Below the pieces are notes generated by a model that was given only the letters and a program-made list of their open reading frames with translations, ran no database searches and was not told the origin of the DNA. 64,000 nucleotides of DNA from Candidatus Cloacimonadales bacterium. Lineage in GTDB: Bacteria; Cloacimonadota; Cloacimonadia; Cloacimonadales; DAONDQ01. The stretch lies in contig OY759316.1 in NCBI GenBank assembly GCA_963662275.1, positions 2,752,001-2,816,000 of the forward strand. Direction: 5' to 3'. Below, in pieces: positions 1-9,300 of this stretch. Each line of letters opens with the position of its first letter. Position 1 is the stretch's first letter. Made by a program: the position numbers and the translations under genes.

Positions 1-85
1 AAGTAGAATATTCCCTGGCTCAATTATAGTGGAGCACTGGCTCAACTTGGGAATACTCATGGCTCAAATTCATAATATTATTCAC

Positions 86-243
86 TTGGAGTTCAACTTG
101 CCAAGATGACTACTATTTGATTTAGATATCAAAGGCAAGTTGGACTTCAAGCCCGAGATTGAATATCTTAGCTAAGGTTTGAAGTCCGAATTTCCTAATA
201 ACTAGATTGTAATAATAGTCTCGAAGGAAATTTGAACTCCAAA
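86..243. repeat. Four ~17-bp repeats in alternating orientation (REP/BIME-like array)
   Basis: TTGGAGTTCAACTTGCC (86-102), GGCAAGTTGGACTTCAA (134-150), TTTGAAGTCCGAATTTCC (178-195), GGAAATTTGAACTCCAAA (226-243); a further copy at 2466-2482. Confidence 0.8.
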
Positions 244-245
244 CT

Positions 246-2291
246 TCAATCCATCGCTACCACTCTATAAAATTTATGCGCTTGGGTAGGTAATTCAGAC
301 CAGGAATTAAAAGAAGTTGTTCCTATCTCAGTGAAACCTGTATTAGGATTATCAGAAGCCTCTATCCTATAGCTGATTGCTCCATTTACCGCAGTCCAAC
401 TCAACTGAACGCTACCTCCTGACTTCATAATGATAACATCTGTAGGCGTATTCAAAGCTCGATTCGTCGTGTAATAAAACTGATATCCGCCTGTGCTGCC
501 TCCATGACCATACACTGCGAGTTTGTAGTAGCCGGGCATCAGTGCTTGAAATGCAAAGTAAAAGTTGTGGGGCGATTCACCACTATCATCATCGTATCCC
601 CCAGTTAAGGATCCATTATCCTGACGCACTGACATTTCTGTATTTGTTTGACCAGTTGAGTAGAAGTAATAGGTCATGCCGGGTTGTGCGTTGAACCTGA
701 ACCAATCTACATCAGTAGTGGAATGAAATGTGTGAACCTGGCTCTGTAACGTATTGCCGGGAGTAATCGTAGTAAATTGCGTACTGGAATTATCCGGTTC
801 GTAACTGTCTGCGTCTGCCCTGAACAAATAGTGCATATCATAATAGCCAAAACTTCCGCTGCTATGACAAACAACTTTCAGTTTATATGTGGCGGTGATT
901 GAAGGAGTATATTCCAATAAGAAGTTTATATCCGTTCCATGATCGTCATTACTTGCCAACTGAGTGACACCATCTTGCATGTAAAGATACACCTTCGTGT
1001 TAGTATAACCTGTAGAAGAGAAACTGTAGGTATTACCTGCATATCCAATGAATTGGTACCAGTCCTGGTCAGTTGGTAAGTTCAGAGTATGCGTTTGAAC
1101 TTGTGCTGACTGCGTAATGGAAATAGATTTTGCAGCCGATGCCGTATTATCCGGTTCATACGAATCAAGGGGTGCCCAACTGTAATAATGTAATTGATAG
1201 AATCCTCTCCAATAGAAGCCAATCACATTAAGTTTTACATAACCTGAAGTAGCAGCATAGTATTCTATTCTGAAATTGTTCCCATCACCGGAGTCGTCGT
1301 CATCAGTAAGCAGTACAGTGCCATCACTATTGTACAGATAGCCATCGGTATTTATGTTAATTAGGGGATCGTTGGCAATGGTATATAATATATATGTCCT
1401 GCCTTGGACAACAGAGAATCCATACCAGTCCTCATCATTTTTTTGTATTGTATGTTGTTGGATTTGTGCAGTTGATATGATACTAAGGGGAGTAAACTGG
1501 TTGACCGTATTATCAGGTTCATAAGAATCCGAAATAAAAGTACTGTCAAAATTAAAAGTGTAAGCACCCACAACCCAATCAGTGCTTCCTACCACTTTGA
1601 TATAATAGGTACCGGAAGTTGTTGGACTAAAATTGATTAAGAAATTACTCCCATCACCATTATAATCGTCTTGGGCTAATAAAGTAGTTCCATCACTTCC
1701 GTAAATAAGTACTTTAGTATCTGTATTGCCGGTGGACCAAAAAGAATAAGTTCCCCCGGCTTCAGCACGAAATTTATACCAGTCTTGATCAGTATAGGAA
1801 TGTAAAGTATGATATTGTGAACTTTCCTCATAGTAAAATAGATCAGTTGCAGTCAGGGCTGTATCATCTGGTTCACACATATCTGGTGAAGAAACATAAA
1901 GATATTGAATGGTATAGGCACCGGTTGCACCTGAATATCCTGTGACCTTCAGCTTGAAGTTGCCATCCTCTGTGAAGTTATACTGAAAGGTGCTGACATT
2001 ATTGGCAGATGATATTACTGAAGTGCCATCATCCCGATATAGGACAAAGCTGAGAGCGATACCGGTAACGACAAATTTGTAAATCCGACCGGAATAGACA
2101 TTGAATCTGTACCAGTCCTGGTCGCTTGTAGTATGAATCGTATGGTTTTGTGTTTGAGCAACCGAAGAGACGCCTATGATTTGAAATTGGGAAGAGGAAT
2201 TATCCGGCTCATAGAGATCAGGATCTACAGCCAGCAATGTGGAAATAAGGAACAAAAGACCAAAAACAAGAAAGAAAGTAACCTTACGCAT
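246..2291 (-). CDS. Secreted protein with five DxxEPD(N/D) + PPC-like (pre-peptidase C-terminal) beta-sandwich repeats and a C-terminal 'FYRV' domain
   Basis: 681 aa, signal peptide, five repeats with YEPD...HT...DxDWY motifs, ends LSWTAVNGAISYRIE...KFYRVVAMD. Confidence 0.75.
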   Translation of the reverse strand: MRKVTFFLVFGLLFLISTLLAVDPDLYEPDNSSSQFQIIGVSSVAQTQNHTIHTTSDQDWYRFNVYSGRIYKFVVTGIALSFVLYRDDGTSVISSANNVSTFQYNFTEDGNFKLKVTGYSGATGAYTIQYLYVSSPDMCEPDDTALTATDLFYYEESSQYHTLHSYTDQDWYKFRAEAGGTYSFWSTGNTDTKVLIYGSDGTTLLAQDDYNGDGSNFLINFSPTTSGTYYIKVVGSTDWVVGAYTFNFDSTFISDSYEPDNTVNQFTPLSIISTAQIQQHTIQKNDEDWYGFSVVQGRTYILYTIANDPLININTDGYLYNSDGTVLLTDDDDSGDGNNFRIEYYAATSGYVKLNVIGFYWRGFYQLHYYSWAPLDSYEPDNTASAAKSISITQSAQVQTHTLNLPTDQDWYQFIGYAGNTYSFSSTGYTNTKVYLYMQDGVTQLASNDDHGTDINFLLEYTPSITATYKLKVVCHSSGSFGYYDMHYLFRADADSYEPDNSSTQFTTITPGNTLQSQVHTFHSTTDVDWFRFNAQPGMTYYFYSTGQTNTEMSVRQDNGSLTGGYDDDSGESPHNFYFAFQALMPGYYKLAVYGHGGSTGGYQFYYTTNRALNTPTDVIIMKSGGSVQLSWTAVNGAISYRIEASDNPNTGFTEIGTTSFNSWSELPTQAHKFYRVVAMD

Positions 2292-2506
2292 AATACACCC
2301 CTTTTTGACTCTAACATTCTTCCCCGATTGACAATTATTATATATGATAGTATGAATACAATTTAGCTACATATACATTTATTACGGATTATTTTTAGTC
2401 AATGCTTTTTTATCTCTATTTCCTGGAAAGATAAAGATAAATAGGATATTAAGTTTTGGTCACACTTGGAGTTCAACATGCCCATATGAATATTATTTAT
2501 CCCATT

Positions 2507-2579
2507 CCTCCCTTCAGATGAAGGAAGGTGACAGTAGGGGCGTGCGGCAGTACGCCCATCTTGTCGGAGAGTTTGATTC
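2507..2579 (-). repeat. Palindromic host element (GAATCAAACTCTCC...CCTCCCTT-loop-AAGGGAGG) carrying a GTAG-type REP
   Basis: Minus strand reads GAATCAAACTCTCCGACA-[GGGCGTACTGCCGCACGCCCCTAC]-...CCTTCCTTCATCTGAAGGGAGG; related copies at 3443, 30496, 36358, 58901. Confidence 0.75.
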
Positions 2580-2630
2580 TCAATATTTCAATCCGCAAAG
2601 ATAGCAACGCACGGGGTGCGCTGTGCCACC

Positions 2631-3420
2631 TTACGGGGTGAGGCGTTCCGCTTCTTCATAAATCTCATCGATTTGCTTCTGATATTCAATGGTCTTGCTG
2701 AGAGCCGTGACAATCCGGCAATAATGTACAGGATCTTCCATCCTGAGACCTTTCCTGTCTTTGAGATACTTGGCTAGAACCTGGTATCCACCGATATGAT
2801 AATTCCACACTTCCGTCGCAATACCCTCAAAGTACTTATCGTTATTGATGCGAACTCTTCCTGTTGCCCCATCATATCCCACATTATCAATGGCATCATT
2901 GTTCCCGCTTCCCTGGTACTTGGCAATGGGTACATCCAATTCAGCACTTTTCATCAGATGCAAATCTGCAATCGCTTTGCCTAATCCAGCTATTTGCAGG
3001 AATAATTCATTATCTGTTGTAATCGGAATATGAGGAAAGTCCAAAGCCAGGTATTCAGCATATCTTTCACGATATATATTGCTGAATCAAGTCTTTCCAA
3101 TCCTCTTCTTTCTGTACAACGGATTTGAACTTCAGACTCTGCCAGGAGAAATAATCACCGATAACTACCTTCTTAATCAGAATACCATCACGATAAAGCC
3201 GGAATTCCAGAAAATCAGTGAGAATCAGATTGGGGAAAGTTGTTAAATATCTTTTGAGTTGTTCACTTCTTTCTATCACATTTAAATCAGTCCCGGGTAC
3301 TTTCGCTTCCATGTAACCAAAGTAATGCAGCTTTCCATCCCATACACGAAAATCAGGATTACCGGCTTGGGTTTGTTTCGGGAGAATGGTAATATCGAAG
3401 TTCTTTAGTTGAAGAATTGG
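2631..3420 (-). pseudogene. Type ISP restriction-modification enzyme remnant (N-terminal nuclease fragment fused out of frame to the C-terminal specificity domain)
   Basis: N-part ITILPKQTQAGNPDFRVWDG...GYMEAK...YLTTFPNLILTDFLEFRLY; C-part YRERYAEYLALDFPHIP...VWNYHIGGYQVLAKYLKDRKG; the central part including the methyltransferase is absent and no intact start is seen. Confidence 0.8.
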
Positions 3421-3442
3421 CAGAGCAGAGAAGAAAAGAGAA

Positions 3443-3511
3443 GAATCAAACTCTCCCGGCTATACTTCGACTCAGCTCAGTAACCGTACCCTCCCTTCAT
3501 CTGAAGGGAGG
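3443..3511 (+). repeat. Palindromic host element carrying a CTTCGACT...GCTCAG guest palindrome
   Basis: GAATCAAACTCTCC-CGG-CTATACTTCGACTCAGCTCAGTAACC-GTA-CCCTCCCTTCATCTGAAGGGAGG; same architecture at 36358-36424. Confidence 0.75.
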
Positions 3512-3588
3512 AATTAAAGAAATTTTTTCGTGTATTGCGCGTGTTTCGTGTTAAAATTCTTCTCTTCCCTTCAAGCTACAAGCTTCCG

Positions 3589-5742
3589 TCACTTCACTAT
3601 CATGATCTTCTTGGTAACCATATTTTGAGAAGTCTTTAATCTGCAGAAATAAATCCCTGAGGCAACAGATATTCCAAGGTCATTGGTCCCATTCCAGATA
3701 ACAGAATGAATACCAGATTCTTCAATTTCATTTACAAGTGTTTTGACTTTTTGCCCTTTGAGATTATAAATCTGAAGAGTACAATGCGCTTTTTGAGTAA
3801 GGTTAAATTGCATCGTTGTCGAAGGATTGAACGGATTAGGATAATTAGAAAGATACATTTCAGGTGTAGAAACAACAATTGGATCATCATTGGGTAACAC
3901 ATTTAAATCAAGGATCCTAAAACCATTGTATCCATTAGCTGTATACAATTTTCCGTTCGCAGCATCAAATCCTGTTGTGGATTGATCCCACGCAAAACTT
4001 CTAACAAGTGTAGTTGATCCTTGACTGCTGATGTCATAGATACTGATTTCATTCCATAAATCGTCAGATACTAAAAGCTCATCATCATATATATAGCATG
4101 TATTAATAAAGCTTGTACTATGAAAATATATAGATTCGACAAGATAGGGAGAAACAGGGTTGGAAACATTAATGACGATAAACCCCAAATAACCATTTGC
4201 CACGTATGCAACTCCATCATGTATAACAACTTTGTATCCTGACCTGCATGAACCATCAGTTCCTAGAAGTTGCGGGCTTTCTGGGTCACTAACATCAACA
4301 ATCTGCAACCCAACGTAATCAACAGTTAAATAAGCAATCGTGCCGATAACCGCAACACTATGAACTCCATTTGGGGTTGTCGGGTGAGCACTTGAAGGAT
4401 TATATGTTCCAAGTAGTTGAGGGCTTAGGGGATTGGAAACATCGATGATTAATATCCCTGAATAACCGTCAGCCACATAGGCAATATTATCTACAATTGA
4501 TACTTCATAGGCGCAATCCGGTGTATCGTAGGTTGAAAGTAATTGAGGTTGATTCGGATTAGCTACATCGATGATCCTGAGACCATATGTTCCATCCGCC
4601 ACATAGGCTATGTTTCCGACAACTTCAACCGATATGGAGTTCCAGAGTGAATGGCAGCTACCAAGCAGTTGAGGATTCTGCGAGTTTGTAACATCAAAGA
4701 TTTGTAATTGAAATAAGGAAGACAAATATAGGGTATTACCAACAACCACAATAGAATTCGTTATATTCGCTGTATCGAAAGAACCTAGCAGACCAGCATT
4801 CTGAAGATCAGAGACATCGATAATCTGCAAACCTGATCCCCAGGCTGCGATATAGGCGATACTGCCTACAACCACTATATCTTGCGCACTTCGCGTACTG
4901 TAGGAACCTAAGAGTAGAGGATTCTGAGGATTAGAAACATCAATTATCTTAAGCCCGGAATAACCATCTGTCATATAAGCTATGTTTTCAATGACAACAA
5001 GAGAAGAGGAAGTATCTGATGCATGATACGAGCCAAGAAACTGCGGGTTTTGAGGATTCAAGACATTTAATATCTGTAGTCCTGAATGACCGTCTGCCAC
5101 ATAAGCTATGTTACCAACAACCTTAACTGAGATGGCATTACCATTTGTATCATATGATCCAAGTGGTTGAGGATTCTGAGAAATGGATACATCAATGATT
5201 TGCACACCTGATTCTCCTTCTGACACATAAGCGATATTATTCAGAACAAAAACAGATAATGCTGCTCCCGTGGTGTCATACGAACCAGCAAAATGCGGAT
5301 TTTGTGGATTCGAAACATCAATGAACTGCAAACCCGCAGTATCATCTGCTACATAGGCAATATTATCGGCAACAAAGACAGACCATGCTTTGCCAGGTGT
5401 ATCATAGGTGCTGAGAAGCTGCGGACTCTCTGGATCTGACACATCAATGATCTGCAAACCAGTGGTATCATCTGCAACATAGGCGATATCATCAACAACA
5501 AAGACAAACCAAGCTTTTCCAGGAAAAGCACAACTACCGACAAGCTGTGTATTTTGAGGATCTGATACATCAATAATCTGTAAACCTATTCCAGTTCTAG
5601 CAATGATAGCATTGTTTCCAACGACTGCCACAGAGTGTACAGGAGCGGTTGCTGGTGTGAAGTAATCTCCCAGTTTATGGATAACTGCATAAAATGGTAC
5701 GAAAAATACGAAGATTATGAATAAACATAAGATCTTTTTCAT
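3589..5742 (-). CDS. LVIVD-repeat (beta-propeller) secreted protein with FlgD-Ig/T9SS-like C-terminal domain
   Basis: 717 aa, signal peptide, many ~42-aa AYVAD...GLQIIDVSxPxxPQLLG repeats, tail YPNPFNPST...IYNLKGQKV...SGIYF...KKIMIVK. Confidence 0.9.
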   Translation of the reverse strand: MKKILCLFIIFVFFVPFYAVIHKLGDYFTPATAPVHSVAVVGNNAIIARTGIGLQIIDVSDPQNTQLVGSCAFPGKAWFVFVVDDIAYVADDTTGLQIIDVSDPESPQLLSTYDTPGKAWSVFVADNIAYVADDTAGLQFIDVSNPQNPHFAGSYDTTGAALSVFVLNNIAYVSEGESGVQIIDVSISQNPQPLGSYDTNGNAISVKVVGNIAYVADGHSGLQILNVLNPQNPQFLGSYHASDTSSSLVVIENIAYMTDGYSGLKIIDVSNPQNPLLLGSYSTRSAQDIVVVGSIAYIAAWGSGLQIIDVSDLQNAGLLGSFDTANITNSIVVVGNTLYLSSLFQLQIFDVTNSQNPQLLGSCHSLWNSISVEVVGNIAYVADGTYGLRIIDVANPNQPQLLSTYDTPDCAYEVSIVDNIAYVADGYSGILIIDVSNPLSPQLLGTYNPSSAHPTTPNGVHSVAVIGTIAYLTVDYVGLQIVDVSDPESPQLLGTDGSCRSGYKVVIHDGVAYVANGYLGFIVINVSNPVSPYLVESIYFHSTSFINTCYIYDDELLVSDDLWNEISIYDISSQGSTTLVRSFAWDQSTTGFDAANGKLYTANGYNGFRILDLNVLPNDDPIVVSTPEMYLSNYPNPFNPSTTMQFNLTQKAHCTLQIYNLKGQKVKTLVNEIEESGIHSVIWNGTNDLGISVASGIYFCRLKTSQNMVTKKIMIVK

Positions 5743-6374
5743 TAACTTCCTCCAAAATATGTCGATTCACCGAACTAGCAGTAGAGAATATTTCACTTTT
5801 TTTATGCAAAGAATATTTATTATTCATTATCAATTACGTCAATTTTTATATTCAGCAATTTGACAATCGTTCGAATATGAATAAAGTAAGGATTCCGGTT
5901 ATTCACAAGACTTGACAGACAACTAAAATAGGTATTAATGTTCATTCAACCTTCCTTTATCGAATTGCTTTTCACAGTTACTTCTGTTAAGGAATGAGTT
6001 AATAAGAAGCTTATATGAGATTCAAAATAGGAATGAGAACTCTATCTTCGAGAAATTGGTCAATATAAGACTTTGATTAAGTAATAAAAGAATTAATATA
6101 TTAAGGTCAGCTTATTCTAATAGAAAACAAAGTGGCACAAGTTTTCTGGTAAATAATTTGACAAAAAAACCCGACAAACGTTTAGTGAATAATTAAATTT
6201 GTGCTGATGAAATTAATAATATGGTTATTTGAGGATTCATTGGATTTGACTCAGTGTTTCCAGAGAGTGAGTTTCATATTATAATTATCTTGTATTAGGG
6301 TGTCTGCATGTATAAGGTAGTTTCACTCTAATGTTTTTCAATTAAAAAGAATCTCAGAAAGTTGGAGGAAGAAA

Positions 6375-9300
6375 ATGAAGAAATTAGTGTTCTTTGTATT
6401 GATGTTTACGCTAATATTGAGCGTATCTTTGAGTGCAACTGTAAGAAGTTATTATCAGGAAATTAATTGCGAACTTCCTAATAACATTAACACTTATGTA
6501 ACTAACACATCGACAAGTTCAACTAGTCCTAATTATTTATTTGAAGCTTGGACAAGTGCTGACGGTTACGTCAAACATTTGTTTACTGGTACAGGAGGAA
6601 CACCCGCTACCAGTTTACGTATCTTCACCTTAACTGGAGCCGGTCCGCGTGCTTATGTTCAAATGAGTGCATTTACAGCTATTACGATTAATGCAGGTGC
6701 AATCATTCGTTGCAGATTAACCTATCTTGGCGCAAAAGTTGCCAATCCTGTAGAATGGGATTTTGTTGTTCCAACAGGTACGGCTGCTATTTATAATGAT
6801 TTAGTACATGGAGGTTACTCTGTAACTGTACCTCCAACTCCGACTGGTCCATCGCATAATTATCCAACTCTAGCAAATGAGCCAATCCCAGCAGATCATA
6901 CAACAAATGTTCCTGTTACAACAACACAGATTTCCTGGAGTCATACTGACAATGCTGATTATACAACAGCGACTGGCTATAAAGTGTATTTTGGTAAGGA
7001 TGCGCTTCCAAGCACTTACACTTATGTAACAGCCAAGAACATGACAGTATCTGTGGTTTATGGGGGACATTATTACTGGAAAGTAGTTCCAACTGATGCT
7101 AGTTCAAAAGGCATAATTCCATCAAACCAGCGTACAAATGCAACTTTTAGAGGCGACAATCCTGATGCAGTAGAATGGGATTTCACTGTGGAAACAAATC
7201 CTAATCCTGGATTAGCCACAAATCCAACTCCTGCCAACAATGCACTGAATGTACCAATAGCAACAACAAATATATCCTGGAACTATACTTCTGACCCTTC
7301 ATTCACTGATCCAATCGGTTACAAAGTATATTTCGGTACAAATAGTGATGTTACTTCAAATCCTATGACCTTTATAACAGGTATGTTAAACACAACCATG
7401 CCTGTGACTCTTGGTTATGCTACAAACTATTTTTGGAAAGTCATACCGACGACTATATCCGGTGCAAAAGCCGGTGGAACTGTTACTACAAGAATCAAGA
7501 ATCATACAAGGGGCGATGCTGAAGGTGCCAGTACTTGGTACTTCAGAACGGAATCATTTCCTGTCAGTCCAAATCCTGGCATAGCAACTAATCCTGTTCC
7601 TGTAAACGGGGCAGTTAATGTTGCTCATGGTACAACTTCCTTGCTTTGGACTTACACAATTGATCCACTCTTCACCAATCCTGTAGGTTACAAAGTCTAT
7701 CTTCATACAAATAATACATTTACTGAAAATGCCTTAGCTGTTCCATATCTCTATGTTTCCGGTATCAGCAACACACAAGTTACATTACCGATTACTCTAG
7801 CTTATGATACACATTACTACTGGAAAGTCATTCCTACAACTGAAATGAGTAAAGGTGATGCTGTGAACGCTACGATCTGGGATTTCACAACAGAAAGCCT
7901 GACAAGCAATGTACCCAATCCTGCTGTTATCTCTGCTCCACTAAATGCTGGCACGGATGTCTTAATCAATGCTCAATTAGCATGGGTAAATGGTGGTGGT
8001 GGAACAACAGGATATAAAATCTATTTAGGTACAAATAATCCTCCAACGAATATTGTAAATGGAACAGACTTAGGTTTAGTTGACTCCTATACTCCTATCA
8101 GTAATTTCGTATATTCAACCATTTATTATTGGCAGGTTGTTCCTTATAATACATATGGCAATGCTGAAAATTGCCCAATCTGGTCTTTCACTACAATGGG
8201 TGATCCTACAATCACTTCTTTCCCTTATGTCCAAGGTTTCGAAGGTGCAAACTTTCCTCCCCTGGGTTGGAATATGAGTGGTTGGTTACGAGGGACTGGA
8301 AGCCACACAGGTTCATATAGTGCCCGAGCACTTAAAAACCATAGTGGAGTAAGTATTTTATCGACACCATCGGTTGTCCTTACTGAGAATAAATACATCT
8401 CTTTCTGGTGGAAAGATGATGATGTATCCAGAGTAGCTGGTCATGACTCAACATACTTCGAAATTTCTAATAATTCAGGATCCACTTGGATAAAACTGGC
8501 TACACTTTCTCCAACGAATCCCGATATTCAATATCACGAATATTCAACATCCTTAAGTGCATATTCGGGACAAACAGTTCAGTTCCGCTGGCGTGATGTT
8601 ACCGATGGTTCAGCAAATGCATATGGTGTTGGGTTAGATGACATCACCATTGGTACTTTTGTCTTTGCTCCCCCCCAAAATTTGACTGCAACACCTGGTT
8701 ATGGTGTTATTGGTCTTGCCTGGCAAGCTCCTTTAGGAAGATCACTGACTACTTATAAAGTCTATCGTAATAGTGTTTTTCTTGCATCAACACCTCCTGG
8801 AACATATACATACAATGACAACACAGTTGTTAATAATGTAACATATACGTATTACGTGACTGCGGATTATACAAGTCCTACTTTTGAATCAGTTCCATCC
8901 AATACGGTTCAATCAACTCCCCTAATCCCTGTATTCAATCCAGTCACTACATTCTCTGCAAGTTTGACAACCTATAACAGTATAACTCTCCAATGGACAC
9001 TGCAGGTTGCCAAACATAACAGAAGCATTTCAGGTTTCAAAATCTATAGAAATTCAACATTGGCTGCAACATTGACTAACCCAACAACTACCAGTTGGAT
9101 TGATACCAATCTTGCATCCGGTTCATATTCCTATTATATCGTTTGTACTTATTCCAACCCGAACGGTGAATCTATTCCCAGTAGTACGCAAACGGTCAAT
9201 GTTCCAGTACCGGTCTTAAACCCTCCAACGAATCTGGCTGGAACAACCACATATAACAGTGTCTCATTAACTTGGACAGCTCCGACTGGCAGTACTGCAA

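Noticed and set aside
86..243. Possible CRISPR array
   Set aside because: Repeats are only ~17 bp, alternate in orientation and are degenerate; no cas genes in the window.
6134..6149. Sigma-54 promoter TGGCAC upstream of the FN3 gene
   Set aside because: The -12 element reads TTCT rather than TTGC.
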